Made by a program: the position numbers and the translations under genes
Shown: piece by piece, positions 36,410 through 49,507 of the stretch
Layout of the letters: each line of letters opens with the position of its first letter
Numbering within the stretch: position 1 is the first letter of the stretch
Notes under the pieces: model-generated
What the model was told of the DNA's origin: nothing
The model's database searches: none
Seen by the model: the letters and a program-made list of their open reading frames with translations, nothing else
NCBI RefSeq assembly: GCF_044704955.1
Contig: NC_091995.1
Location: 49,724,001-49,788,000 of the forward strand
DNA from: Pristiophorus japonicus
Taxonomy: Eukaryota
DNA length: 64,000 nt
Direction: 5' to 3'

Positions 36410-38427
36410 CTGCTCACTCCCCATACCCTCCCTATAAACTCACCGACCCATATTCACGACGACCCCTTCGACCTTGCCATCTCACGTGGCCTCGACTCCC
36501 ATCGTATCAATCACAGATAAGGCCATCTCTGATTACGTCCTTGTATCTCTCCCCACTGATGTCCCCCTCTCAACCCCACTTCTTTCTGTGTTCGCCTCTG
36601 GAAAAACTCTCCCCCAAATCACTACACTGTACTTTCAACATCCCAATGGTCCAGTCTTTGGCCCTCCATTCACCACGATATTTCTGCAGCTACTGATCTG
36701 CTCAATCACACCCTCACCTCCACCTTTGATGCCCTTCTCCCCAGTAAAACCATTACTCTCCCACCTTGGTCAGTCCCCCTGGTATGGCCCCCATCTCCAC
36801 TCCCTTAAGTCCAAGGGATGCAGACTTGAACATTTCTAGTCGACAATTGATTTAACCATTCATCGCCAGATCTGGCTGGTCCACAAAAAGCACTATCGTG
36901 TCCTGCTCTACTCTGCCAAAACTGCTCATCTGGGAATGTAAAGACAACTCCGGCTTCTTTTCTCTACTGCAAACAGTCTTCTTAAACACCTCTCCCCAGT
37001 CTCCTCCACCCTCACCTCCAACGACAAGTACGAGGAGCTCATGGACTTGTCACTAAGATTGAGACCATCCATTCAGCTGCCTCTGCCGCTTTCCTCCCTT
37101 CCCCTAGCCCACTGGGCCAAACTTCCCCAAGATTCCCCCTGCCCTAGCCCTGAACTTACATTTTTCTCTGATTTCTCTTCTATCTCACCTCATGCCCTCT
37201 CCGAGTCCATCTTGGCCACAAGACCCACCTCCTGCTCCCTCGAGCCTATTGCCACTAAACCGAGTGCTGACCACCTAACTTCCCGTCGTGGCTCGCACTT
37301 TAGCTGACATTGATAATGGTTCTCTCTCCTAGGGTACTGTCCCTCTCCCCTTCAAATCTGCCATCATCACCCCTCTCCTCAAAAAACGCACTCTTAACCC
37401 CTCTGTCCTTGCAAACAACCGCTCATCTCCAACCTCCCTTTCCCCTCCAAAGTCTTTGAACATGATGTTGCCTCTCAAACGCATTCCCATCTTCCCTGAA
37501 ACTCCATGTTTCATTCCCCCCCGCGCCACAGCTGAAACATGCTGCCCCTTGGCGACATCATTCGAAGGCACATCAGTTCTCACGTGTACGCTGACACACC
37601 CAGCTCTACCTCACCACCAATTCTCTCCACCCCCACCCTGCACTGCCTTCGGTTTGTCATGCTGCTTGTCTGACGTTCAGTATTGGATGAGTAGAAATTT
37701 CCTCCAACTAAATATTTGGAAAACTGAAGCCATTGTCTTTGGTTCCCATTCACTAGCCGCCAACTCCATCCCTCTCCATAGTCACCATCTGAGACTATCT
37801 TGACAACCATATATGACCCCGAGATGAGCTTCCGACCAACTATCTGTGCCATCACCAAGACCACCTATTTCCACCTCTGTAACATCACCCAACTCCACCC
37901 CTGCCTCAGCTCATCTGCTGCTGAAACTCTCATCCATGCATTTGTTACCTCTAGGCATGACTATTTGAATGCTATCATGGCCGGCCTCCCATCTTCCACC
38001 CTACATAAACTTGAGCTCATCCAAAACTCTGCTGCCCATATCCTACCTTGCACCACGTCCCATTCACCCCTCACCCTGTACTCATTGGCTACATTGGCTC
38101 CTGGTTTGGCAATGCCTCGATTTTAAAATTCTCATCCTTTTTAAATTGCTCCACAACCTTTCTCCTCCTCATCTCTAAACTCCTGCAGCCCTACAACCAT
38201 CCAAGATCCAATGCTAGGTTCTTGCACATCCCCAGTATTAATCGCTCCACAATTTGTGGCTGTGCCTTTGCCTGCCTTGGCCTTAGGCTCTGGAATTCCC
38301 TCCCTAAATCTCTCCACCTCACCTCATTTAAGACGGTCCTTAAAACCTCCCTCTGTGACCGAGCTTGTGGTCACCTGTCCTAATATCTCCTGACGTGGCT
38401 CGGTGTCATATTTTGTTTGATAATGCT
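36410..38427 (+). mobile_element. L2-clade LINE, decayed ORF2 with deletions
   Basis: YADT-like RT motif, WMSRNFLQLNIWKTEAI, ETLIHAFVTSR, LIQNSAA, LHWL..DFKIL and LWNSLP. Confidence 0.85.
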
Positions 38428-38538
38428 TTTCTCTTTCACTGTCCCTATTTCATTCCTCTCCTTCACTCGGTTTCATTCTCTTTTCCATTATGTCTGCATC
38501 ATTCCTCTCTTTCAGTCTCCCTTAGAAACCAAAAATAC

Positions 38539-39278
38539 TGGGGAAGAAATTCCGGTCGGAGGCTTCCTTCGGACGAACGCCTCTGACCTGAAAATGTTTT
38601 GCGAAAATACCTGGTGGTCACGGAGGCGCCTTCGATTCCAATCGGAGGCCTTCATTCGATGTGCAACGTACAGGGAGATAACTCCCCTGTACGTAGGGAA
38701 ATGCTGGAGTCACGTGAGCCTGGACCATCAATCACTATGCAGTATTCTCATTGATAATATTGGGATCTCTGATAGTAATGGGAGTCCGTACAAACAATGA
38801 GAAAACTCTCCTAAAACACCAAAACACAACACAATAAATAAATAAAATAAAATAAAACACCTCACATATTTAAAATAAATTGAAATTAAAGTTAATTTCA
38901 AGTTAGTGAAACATGTTTTCGAAAACATTTTTTTTTGGATTTAAAAAAAAAAAATGTGTTTTATTAGGGTTTAAAATAAACTTACCTTAGTGGACAGGGT
39001 TTTAAACATAAAAATATATGATTAAATTTAACTTTTATATGTTTTAAAACTCTTACGCTGGTAAAGGTAAGCTATACATCTGCTTTTACCAGGCGTAAAA
39101 GTTTGAAGGACATTCGCTGGTCATGAGTTGGGCAAATAGCCCAATCTCTCCCGCGCGAATGTCCTTCTCCTGGGGATGCGGAGGATCTGTCGAGAAATAT
39201 TGACAGATTGGAAAAGCCGGTTTTCGGCGCATGCGCATCGCACTTCGTATGGACCCGGTGAGGCCGGAACTTTCGGCA
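38539..39278. mobile_element. Probable non-autonomous DNA transposon (MITE-like)
   Basis: CpG-rich ends with an AT-rich core; only a degenerate inverted terminal match (gaaattccgg / ccggaactttc). Confidence 0.35.
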
Positions 39279-39289
39279 TATAATAAAGA

Positions 39290-41800
39290 ACAGTCAGCAT
39301 GAATTTCAAAAGGAAAAGTTTTGCTTGATCAACCGCATTGAATTTTTTCAAGAGGTAACAGAGAGTAGATAAGGGTGATGCAGTGGATGTAAATTATCTA
39401 GATTTTCAAAAGGCCTTCAATAAGGTAACGTGCATTAGACTAATGAATAAGGTCAGAGAATGTGGAGTCATGGGACAAGTAGCAGAATAGAAAGCTTGCT
39501 GGCTTCAAGACAGAAAGCAGAGAGTAGGATAAAAGGTAGCTATTCAGAGAGGCAGAAGGTGGGACTGGTGTTCTACAAGGATCAATGCTGGGACCACTAT
39601 TGTTCACATTTTATATTAATGATATAGACTTTGGAATCAAAAACACAAGTTCTTAAATTTGCAGATGATACCAAATTGGGGGGAGAGGGGGGCTTAGTCA
39701 GTCAATACTGAGGAGGATTGCGACAAATTACAAGAAGACATTAATAAAGTTGCAGAATGGGCATATAATTGGCAAATGAAGTTCAACGCAGATAAATGTG
39801 AGGTATTACATTTTGGTAGGAAGAATAAGGAGGTCACTTATTACTTGGAGGGTTGGAGTCTAGGTGGGACAGAGGAGCAAAGGGATCTGGGAGTACAAAC
39901 ACACAAATCACTAAAAGTAGCGACACAAGTTAACAAGGCCATAAAAAGCAAACCAAGCACTTGGGTTTATTTCTAGAGGGGTAGAATTGAAGAGTAGAGA
40001 AGTTATGCTAAACTTGTATCAAACCTTGGTTAGACCACGTTTGGAGCACTGTATAGAATTCTGGTCGCCATATTATCAAAAGGAAATAGAGGCACTGGAG
40101 AGGGTGCAGAGAAGATTTAGAAGAATGATACCAGAAATGCGAGGATATATCTATCAGGAAAGGATGAACAGGCTGGGTCTCTTTTCTCTTGAAAAGAGAA
40201 GGCGGAGGGGTGAATTAATAGAGGTCTTTAAAATTAGGAAAGGTTTTGATAGAGTGGATACAAAGAGAATGTTTCCATGCAAAACTGGAGACCATCAATA
40301 TAAGATAGTCAGCATGAAATCCAATAGGGAATTCAGAAAGTGGCAGTCGCTACCACAGGGAGTGGTTGAAGCGAATAGTACACAGGCACAGTGTCGAGAA
40401 TCCGGAAACCTTGGCACCGAGACCGTTCCGTATTCCGTGTATTTTTGGACGTCGGAACATCTAACATCCAGAGTCCGGAAACGCCTGGGCCAAGGTAGGT
40501 AAGTACGGGAGGGGAGAGGGGGAGGGGGTGGTTGGGCGGCCGAATGGCCGGCGGGAAGGGTGGGGGGTCGACCCGAGGCGGTAGCATGAGGTTGGGGAGA
40601 GGTCAGTGAGGGAGAGGTCGGTGGGGGAGAGGTCGGCGGTAGTCCGAGGTGGGAGAGAGGTCGGAGGGGGGAAGAGAGGTCGGTGGGGGGAGAGGCCGGC
40701 GGTGGCCCGGGGTGGGAGAGAGGTCGGTGGGTGGAGAGGCCGGTGGTGGCCCGGGGTGGGAGAGAGGTCGGTGGGGGGAGAGAGGTCGGTGAGGGGAGAG
40801 GCCGGCGGTGGCCCGGGGTGGGAGAGAGGTCGGCGGAGGGAGAGGTCGGCGGGGGGAGAGGTCGTGGGGGGAGAGGCCGGCAGTAGCCCGGGGTGGGAGA
40901 GAGGTCGGTGGGGGGAGAGGTCGGCGGGGGGAGAGGTCGTGGGGGGGAGGCCGGCAGTAGCCCGGGGTGGGAGAGAGGTCGGTGGGAGGGGAAGAGGCCG
41001 GCGGTGCCGTGGGGTGGGAGAGAGGTCGGCGGGGTGAAGGGGGTGGGGGGGAAGAGGTCGGCGGGGGGAGAGATCGGCGGTGGCCCGGGGTGGGAGAGAG
41101 GTCAGCAGGGTGGGGGGAGTGGGAGAGAGGTCGGCGGGGGAGAGGCCGGCGGTGGCCCGGGGTCGGAGAGAGATCGGCGGGGTGGGGGGGGGAAGAGGTC
41201 GGCGGGGGGAAGAGATTGGCGGTGGCCTGGGGTGGGAGAGAGATTGGCGGGGTCGGAGAGAGATCGGCGGGGTGGGGGGGGAAGAGGTCGGCGGGGGGAA
41301 GAGATTGGCGGTGGCCTGGGGTGGGAGAGAGATTGGCGGGGTCGGAGAGAGATCGGCGGGGTGGGGGGGGAAGAGGTCGGCGGGGGGAAGAGATTGGCGG
41401 TGGCCTGGGGTGGGAGAGAGATTGGCGGGGTCGGAGAGAGATCGGCGGTGGTGGGAAAGAGAGGCCGACGGGGGGGGGGAAGAGAGAGAAGTCAATGGGA
41501 GAGAGGCTGGCGGGGGTGCGGATGGCGAGGGCCCGAGGCGGGGGAGAGGTCGGCAGTGGCCCGAGGCAGTGGTCCAATTGGGGGGGGGGCGGTGGCCGCA
41601 CATCCGCATTCCGGAACATTTTCCGTATTCGGACAGATTGTCCCGGATTCCAGAACAGTACGGATTGCGAAACTCCGGATTTTCGACGCTGTGCCTGTAG
41701 ATGCATTACAGAGCGGTTAGATAAGTACATGAGGGAGAAAGGAATAGAAGGTTGTGCTATTTATAGATGATAAAAGATGGGAGGAGGCTCGAGTGCCGCA
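39290..41800 (+). mobile_element. CR1 3' fragment interrupted by a MITE
   Basis: YLDFQKAF, FADD, MKFNADKC and RPRLEHC motifs; resumes after 41697 (gcgaatagta..tagatgcatt). Confidence 0.85.
40383..41697. mobile_element. Tc1/mariner (pogo/Tigger-like) MITE with an internally expanded G-rich minisatellite
   Basis: 24-bp TIRs caggcacagtgtcgagaatccgga / tccggattttcgacgctgtgcctg; TA on the right and CA (mutated TA) on the left. Confidence 0.85.
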
Positions 41801-41844
41801 TATCCGATGCGATCCCTGTTTCATTCCTCTTTCCACTGTGTCTG

Positions 41845-41972
41845 TTTCCTCCCTCGCTTTCACACCCTTCCCCTCCCTCGCTTTCACACTCTCCCTCCCT
41901 CGCTTTCACACCCACCCCTCCCTCGCTTTCACACCCTCCCCCTCCCTCGCTTTCACACTCTCTCTGTTTCAC
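41845..41972. repeat. Short tandem repeat (cctccctcgctttcacac core)
   Basis: About five imperfect copies. Confidence 0.8.
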
Positions 41973-42031
41973 ATCCTTTCTCTGTTTCTTTCCAGCTGAG
42001 TAACAGATTTAAACATTCCCCAGTTATTCTG

Positions 42032-42115
42032 CCTGGTAACAGTGACGTGTTGCTGATTTTAATTCTCATTGGACAGCCCCATCAGTCAGTCCCGCCCCAT
42101 TATCTCCATGGCAAC
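42032..42115 (+). promoter_or_regulatory. Second MHC-type X1-X2-Y module with GC box and RFX-like site
   Basis: CCTGGTAACAG-TGACGT (42032-42048), ATTGG at 42068, CCCGCCCC at 42091 and TCCATGGCAAC at 42105-42115. Confidence 0.5.
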
Positions 42116-42227
42116 TCCCTTTGACTGGGATGTGAAGCCAGCTCTCCCAAAGCCCAGACCAGCAGCAAATTACTGCGGATACTGGAATCTGAAATACAAC
42201 AGAGAATGCTGGAAATCTCAGCGGGTT

Positions 42228-45200
42228 CGGGGGAGTGGGGCTGGGAGGGGGTTAAAGTTCAGCAGGTCAGGGGGAGTGTGGCTGGGAGGAGGTTAAAGTT
42301 CAGCAGGTCAGGGGGAGTGGGGCTGGGAGGGGGTTAAAGTTCAGCAGGTCAGGGGGAGTGTGGCTGGGAGGAGGTTAAAGTTCAGCAGGTCAGGGGGAGT
42401 GGGGCTGGGAGGGTTAAAGTTCAGCAGGTCAGGGGGAGTGGGGCTGGGAGGGTTAAAGTTCAGCAGGTCAGGGGTGTCATGTATTCAACCAGCATTGTAA
42501 CCCATGTATAATCTGACCTAAGTTGTACACTGTGAGAACAATGACCATTAGGTGGGAGACACTCCTAACCTGGACCTTCAGGTATAAAAGGGGAAGCTCC
42601 ACCCACCTTCATCACTTGAGTGCAAAGGAATAAAGGACAGGTCACAGACTGACCTTCTCTCAAGCATGGGCCTCGTGTGCATTTATACTGTATAGTAAGG
42701 ACATATCAATGGCGATGAGAAACTGGGATTTAAACCACGCGAGCATGGCCACTAGCAGAACAGACGAGAGGTACTGTGTTAAGGAATGGTTGGGACAGAG
42801 AATCAACATTGTTAAAGCAGCACACAGTTCTCCAGGCAGACAAGAGCAATCGGGCATGCCCCAACATGTAGTCAAACCCAGAGGGGGAGTTCGACAGAGA
42901 CAATGGCAAGCTGAACAACGATTCACGCCATTGCAAGGGACAATGCGGCCAGTAATGGGGCCATCAACACCTGTTAATGGCGCATTCAAGGACAGTCACA
43001 GGGGCAGTCAGGGACGATCGACTGGCAAGGGACCTTTCGTTTCAAACAACAGCTCATGTTGGAGGCGTGGAGGCACACACTCAGCCGGAGTTTGCAGAGA
43101 TGAGCAAAATACCTGCAGAAATTGCAGGTGAACGCTGGGGGAAATCGCTGCAAGCTGAAGTTCAGCAAGTTCATGTGGAGCACATATACAGTTTATACAC
43201 CAGGACGCCACCAATAATGATGAAAGTGCTCCTCAATGGCATCCCAGTATCAATGGAGCAAGACACGGGGGCCAGCCAGTCCCTGATGGGTATCAAACAG
43301 TTCGAAAAGTTGTGGCCGTCCAAGGCCAGGAGGCCAAAATTATCGCCGATTGACGCACAACTACGAACTTACACAAAGCAGATCATTCCGGTGCTAGGCA
43401 GCGCCAGGTAGTCGTGACCCACAAAGATTCGGAGAACAGGTTGCCACTCTGGATTGTCCCAGGGGACGGTCCCGCACTACTGGGGAGGAGTTGGCTTGCT
43501 GTCATGAACTGGAAATGGGGCGATGTCAATGCAATTTCCTCTGTGGAGCGAGTATCATGCTCACAGATCCTGGACAAATTTGACTCATTATTTCAACCCG
43601 GCATCGGCACTTTCATGGGGGCCAAGGTAGTGATTCACATAAACCCGGACGCCAGGCCAGTACATCACAAGGCCAGAGCAGTGCCGTACGTGATGCGGGA
43701 AAAGATAGAAGGCGAATTGGACCGCCTGCTGAGGGAAGGCATCATCTCGCCAGTCGAATACAGTGACTGGGCGAGCCCGATTGTGCCGGTGCTCAAGGCG
43801 GATGGGTCAGTCAGGATATGTGGTGATTACAAGGCCACCATCAATCGGGTGTCACTCCAAGACCAGTACCCACTACCGAGAACGGAGGACCTCTTTGCGA
43901 CGCTATCCGGTGGCAAACTTTTTTCAAAATTGGACTTGACCTCAGCTTACATGATGTAGGAGCTGGCGATTGAGTCGAAGAACCTGACCACCATCACGAC
44001 ACACAAGGGGTTGTTTGAGTACAACAGATGTCCGTTCGGGATTCGCTTGGCCGTCGTGATCTTCCAATGAAATATGGAAAGCCTCCTCAAGTCGATTCCA
44101 AGGACGGTGGTTTTTCAGGACGACATCCTCATCACGGGTTACAATACTGAAGAACACCTCCACAACCTGGAGGAGGTGCTATGCAGACTGGACCGGGTAG
44201 GGCTACGACTGAAAAAGGCGAAGTGCGTCTTCCCAGCTCCAGAGGTATAATTCCTGGGGATGAGGGTAGCAGCAGACGGGATCAGCCCTACTGCGTCCAA
44301 GACGGAAGCGATCCAGAGAGCACCCAGACCCCGTAACACGACAGAGCTGCGTTCGTTCCTGGGGCTCCTGAACTATTTTGGTAACTTTCTTCCCAAATTG
44401 AGCATGCTGCTAGAGCCGCTACACGTGCTCCTACGCAAAGGTCGCAAATGGGTCTGGGGGGGACAGCCAAGAAAGGACTTTTAATAGAGCACGCAATTTG
44501 TTATGTTCCAACACTCTTTTAACACTATACGACCCATGTAAGAAACTTGTGTTAAAGTGCGATGCGTCGTCCTATGGTGTCGGGTGTGTGTTGCAGCATG
44601 TCAATGTTAAGGGTCAGTTACAGCCGGTAGCTTATGCCTTTAGGAGTCTGGCCCAGGCAGAAAGGGGTTACGGGATGGTAGAAAAGGAGGCGCTCGCATG
44701 TGTATATGCAGTAAAGAAAATGCACCAGTACCTGTTTGGCAGGAAATTTGAGCTGGAGACAGATCACAACCCCCTACCGTCCCTTTTGGCCGACAACAAG
44801 GCCATAAATGCAAACGCATCGGCCTGCATACCGAGGTGGGCACTCACGTTAGCCGCCTATGACTACACAATTCGGCACAGACCGGGCACTGAAAACTGCG
44901 CCGATGCACTCAGCAGGCTCCCATTAGCCACCATTGAGGGGGCTACCGAGCATGCTGCTGAGATGGTCATGGCTGTTGAAGCTTTCGGAAGTGAAGGCTC
45001 ACCCGTGACAGCCCGTCAGATTAAAGTCTGGACAAATAGAGACCCGCTATTGTCTCTCGTCAAGAAATGTGTCCTAAATGGGGACTGGGCAGCCATGTAC
45101 AGGGCATGCTCTGAGGAATTTAAACCATTTCACAGGCGCAGGGATGAACTCTCGATTCAGGCCGATTGCCTACTGTGGGGAAACCGCGTAGTCATGCCCC

Positions 45201-46670
45201 AGATGGACAGAGAGGTGTTCATCAGAGAACTCCACAATGAGCACCCGGGCATTGTCACAATGAAGGCAATTGCCAGGTCACACGTTTGTTGGCCAGGAAT
45301 AGACGCAGATCTGGAACTTTGTGTTCGCAGGTGCAACACGTGTGCCCAGCTGGGCAATGCGCCCAGGGAAGCCCCCCTTAGCCCCTGGCCATGGCCCGCC
45401 AAGCCTTGGTCACGCATCCATGTGGACGACGCAGGTCCTTTCATGGGAAAAATGTTTTTGGTTGTAGTAGACGCCTACTCCAAATGGATCGAGTGTGTCA
45501 TTTTAAATTCAAGCACAGCCTCTGCCACGGTAGAAAGTCTACGGGCAATGTTCGCCGCCCACGGTCTACCGGACGTCTTGGTCAGCGACAATGGCCCGTG
45601 CTTCACAAGCACTGAATTCCAGGACTTCATGGCAGGCAATGGAATTAACCATGTCAGAACGGCACCGTTCAAGCCAGCCTCAAACGACCAGGCAGAACGA
45701 GCAGTGCAGATAATCAAACAGTGGATGCTCAGAATCCAAGGGGGTTCCCGACAAACCCGCTTATCATGCCTCATGTTGGCCTATAGATCCCGACCACACT
45801 CGCTCACAGGGATTCCACCCGCAGAGCTGCTAATGAAAATGACGCTCAAAACCCGGCTATCCCTTATACACCCCACCTTGAAAGAAATTGTCGAGAGCAG
45901 GCGCCAGCCACAATATGACTACCATGACAGGAATGCGAGGGCGCGATGTATTGATGTAAATGATCCTGTTTTTGTCCTCAAGTACGCTGCAGGGCCCAAA
46001 TGGCTCGCAGGCACTGTGATTGCCAAAGAGGGAAATACGATTCTGGTAGTTAAACTTACCAATGGACAAATCTGCCGCAAACACGTGGATCAAACAAAAA
46101 GGAGGTTCAGCAACCCCATCGAAGCAGAGGAAGAACACGATGTAGAGTTCACTCCACCACAGGTGACCAAACACCGGAACCAAAGGGAGAAGAGCCCAAT
46201 CACTGTGGGAAGTCTGGATAGGCCTGAGGCACCGCAAACAGCAGACACTCAGGCCAGCGCCCAACAACCGGAGCCCCAACTCAGGCGCTCTGCAAGATAG
46301 CGTAAACCACCAGAGAGACTCAACCTGTGATCTCAATAAGACTTTGCGGGGGAGGTGATGTCATGTATTCAACCATCATTGTAACCCATGTATAATCTGA
46401 CCTAAGTTGTACACTGTGAGAACAATGACCCGACCACTCCTAACCTGGGCCTTCAGGCATAAAAGGGGAAGCTCCACCCACCTTCATCACTTGAGTGCTA
46501 GGGAATAAAGTCAGGTCACAGACTGACCTTCTCTCAAGCATGGACCTCATGTGCTTTTATACTGTGTAGTAAGGACGTATCAAGGGGGAGCTGGGCTGGG
46601 AGGGGATTAAAGTTCAGCAGGTCAGCGGGAGTGGTGCTGGGAGGGGGTTAAAGTTCAGCAGGTCAGGGGG
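42228..46670. repeat. ~40-bp G-rich minisatellite split by Gypsy 2 (42228-42474 and 46583-46670)
   Basis: Unit gggggagtggggctgggagggggttaaagttcagcaggtca on both sides of the insertion. Confidence 0.9.
42475..46582 (+). mobile_element. Ty3/Gypsy (Mag-like) LTR retrotransposon 2, gag-deleted and decayed
   Basis: TG..CA LTRs at 42475-42708 and 46359-46582; 5-bp TSD AGGGG; PBS TGGCGATGAG at 42710; PPT gggggaggtga. PR (DTG), RT (FQDD) and an RH-IN ORF at 44498-46300. Confidence 0.96.
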
Positions 46671-48479
46671 AAGATGTCGAGGCCAGGCAGGAGCGAGGAA
46701 CATGGCCAGAAGAGGCCAGGGTGAGTGTAATTTATACCGTGGGGCCTGGAGAAGCAGGACTGATCCCCTGGGCACCAGACACAGTCACTGGGCCTCTCTA
46801 GCCCCGGCCTTCCCTCTCCCTCCCACCAAACCCCCCCTCACCTCCCCCCACCCAAGAGATATCCAACTCACCCAGGCCTGCTCCCCTCCCTTCTTCCCTG
46901 CCCTCCCCTCGCTCCCTCCCTGCCCCCTCTCTTTCCTTGTTCCCCCCTTCCCATCCTCCTTCCTGCCCTCACTCCCTCTCTGCCCCTACCTCCCTTCCCT
47001 CTCTCCCTCCCTGCCCCCATGCAGTTGGTTGCTCCCTGCCCCTCCCTTGTGTTTATCTCTGTTGGAAAGTCCCTGAGCTAAGTTTTAGAAAGTTGTTGAT
47101 CAAAGCCGAGTCTATACTGCACTGTTCCTGTCCCCAGGATGCCCCACAAGCTGTGAATTATTTGATGCGTAGTCACTGTTATTCTATAGACAAACACAAC
47201 GACAGGTAACTGAGTGTCAGGGCCTGAATCCTGCCCGGTGAGGTCAGCACTGTCCACAGTCTCTGCACTGGCTGCAGTCCAGCTTCTTCCGAGAAACCAA
47301 AGTTTACTCCACCTTCGTTCACCATAAAACCCCAGCATCGAGCACCGTTCCCACACTCACTGTGCGAGCCACAACTGTACTGGAGTAGGCCCAGAATCAT
47401 CTCCCGATACCACTGCGGTGTTCAGCCTTATGCCTCAGGGTGTCACACAGATTTAACGTAATTGGCAAAAGAGCCAAAGATGAGAATTTTTTACACAGTG
47501 AGATGTGATCTGGAATGCACTGCCTGAAAGATTCTATACAACTTTGAAAAGGGAACTGGATCAATACTTCAAGGGCAAAAATTTGCTGGGTATGGGGAAA
47601 GAGCAGGGAAATGGGGCTAATTGGATAGCGCTTTGAGCCAGCTCATGGCCATCACACCAATAGGTGTCATGCCTCAGGTTTGTCACACCGCAGGGCGTCA
47701 CATAGACTCATAGAATAAAATCATAGACTGATACAGCAAGAAGAAGGCCATTTGCAAAGGGCCAAGGATTAATCCTTGAGGGATATCAGAGGTAACGATG
47801 CAGGAAGACATCCCCAGGAAATAGATTTCACACCAGGGAGATCGTTATCTCATTCAGTGTTTGTTTAAACCCACCACTGTGAAATTGCAGTTTGTTTAGT
47901 TCAGTCCTAGAATCATAGAATGATGCAGTGTAGGAGGCCATTTAGCCCATCGTGCCTGTGCTGGCTCTGAAAAAGCTGTCTAATTAGTCCCATTCCCCTG
48001 CTCTTTCCCCATGCCCATTTCCCCAGTCTGTCTAATGGAATGTTGGCCTTTAACTTGAGGGGCTGGAATACAAAGGGGAGAAAGTTCTGCTCCAACTGTA
48101 CAGAGCCCTGGTCAGAACCATCTGAAGTTCAGCTTTCAGTTTTGGGCCCCGCACCTCAGGAAGGATAGATTGGTCTGGGCGGGGGTGCAGCACAGATTGA
48201 CCAGAAAGATGCGAAGCTTTAAAGGGAGGTTGCTTTAACTTGGTTTGTATTCCCTGGAGTATAGAAAGTTGAGGGCTGATCGAATCCAGATGTTTATAAT
48301 GTTAACAGGTTTCGATAGGGTAGAAACGGTGAAACTGTTTCCTCTGGTTGGGGAATCAAGAAAGAGAGGACATAATCAAAATTAGAGCACGGGTGATTTA
48401 GGAGTGAAATCAGGAAGCACATTTTCACACAATGGGTAGTAGAAATCCAGAACTCTCTCCAAAAGCCTGAGGATGTTGG

Positions 48480-49330
48480 AAGAAAACTTGCATTTATATA
48501 GCGCCTTTCTCGACCACTGGATGTCCCAAAGCGCTTCACCTCCAATGAAGTACAGGTTGGACCGCCCTTATCCGGGACTCCGTTATCCGTCACGATTCTG
48601 GCGGCCGGGGGCGCATGTGCAGAACGCAGCCGGCCTCCACCCCGACTTTGGGGCTGCTCCGACAGTCGGCCCGCTCCGACGTGGGGCCGCTCCGACCGCT
48701 CCGACCCTGGGGCCGCTCCGACCCAGGGGCCGCTCCGACCCTGGGGCCGCTCCGACCCTGGGGCCGCTCCACCCGCTCCGACCCGCTCCGACCCCGGGGC
48801 CGCACCAACGCCCGGCCCGCCGACACTTCCTTCGTGGCCCACTGACACTTCGGGCCTGCCCGGGACTTCGACCTCCTGCCCCCCCGGAACGCTGACCTCT
48901 CATCCAGCATAATCCGTTATTCAGCACAGGCCAGGTCTCGAGGGTGCCGGATAATGGAGGTTTAACCTGTACTTTTTGAAGTGTCACTGTATAATGGAGG
49001 AAACGCAGCAGCCAATTTGTGCGCAGCAATGTCCCACAAACAGCAACGTGATAATGACCAGATTACCTGTTTTTGTTATGATGATTGAGGGATAAATATT
49101 GGCCCTTGGACACCAGGGATAACTCCCCTGCTGTTCTGCAAAATAGTGCTGTGGGATCTTTTACGTCCACCCGAGAGAGCAGACAAAACCTCGGTTTAAC
49201 ATCTGATCCAATTGCAGTGCTCCCTCAGCACTGCACTGGAGTGTCAACCTAGATTGTTGTGCTCAAGTCCCTGGAGTGAGACCTGAACCCACAACCTTCT
49301 GACTCAGTGAGGGTGCTACCCACTGAGCTA
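48480..49330 (-). mobile_element. tRNA-headed SINE (DeuSINE/SacSINE-like), split by a MITE
   Basis: The minus strand begins tagctcagtgggtagcac (A box)..gttgtgggttcagg (B box) and ends aggcgctatataaatgcaagt, an L2-type tail. Confidence 0.7.
48553..48969. mobile_element. Tc1/mariner (Tigger-like) MITE
   Basis: TA TSD on both sides; TIRs caggttggaccgcccttatccgg / ccggataatggaggtttaacctg; internal ggggccgctccgacc repeats. Confidence 0.85.
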
Positions 49331-49507
49331 CTTGGGACAATTGGAGCTGCTGGGTAAGGGTAGCGAAGGATATGGAGCAAAGCTGGGTAAATGGAGTTGA
49401 GGTAGAGATCAGCCGTGATCTGATTGAATGGCGGATGAGGCCCGAGGGGCTGAATGGCCTCCTCCTGTCCCTAATGTCCTTTTCTCTGTCATGTTCTGTA
49501 TCAAACT

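Larger units (their letters stand above)
47450..49480. mobile_element. Cluster of old CR1 3' fragments on both strands, hosting a SINE and a MITE
   Basis: CR1-like 3'UTR ends (atcatagaat.. gaggccatt; ctgaatggcctcctcctgt) and decayed LLQLYRALVR-type coding sequence. Confidence 0.6.

Noticed and set aside
34405-36520. Pro/Thr/His-rich ORFs (263 aa and 329 aa)
   Set aside because: They are stop-free frames of the 38-bp and 23-bp minisatellites.
40461-41770. Long Pro-rich or Gly/Arg-rich ORFs on both strands
   Set aside because: They come from the G-rich repeat expanded inside a MITE.
49270-49330. tRNA gene
   Set aside because: It is the degenerate tRNA-derived head of a SINE.
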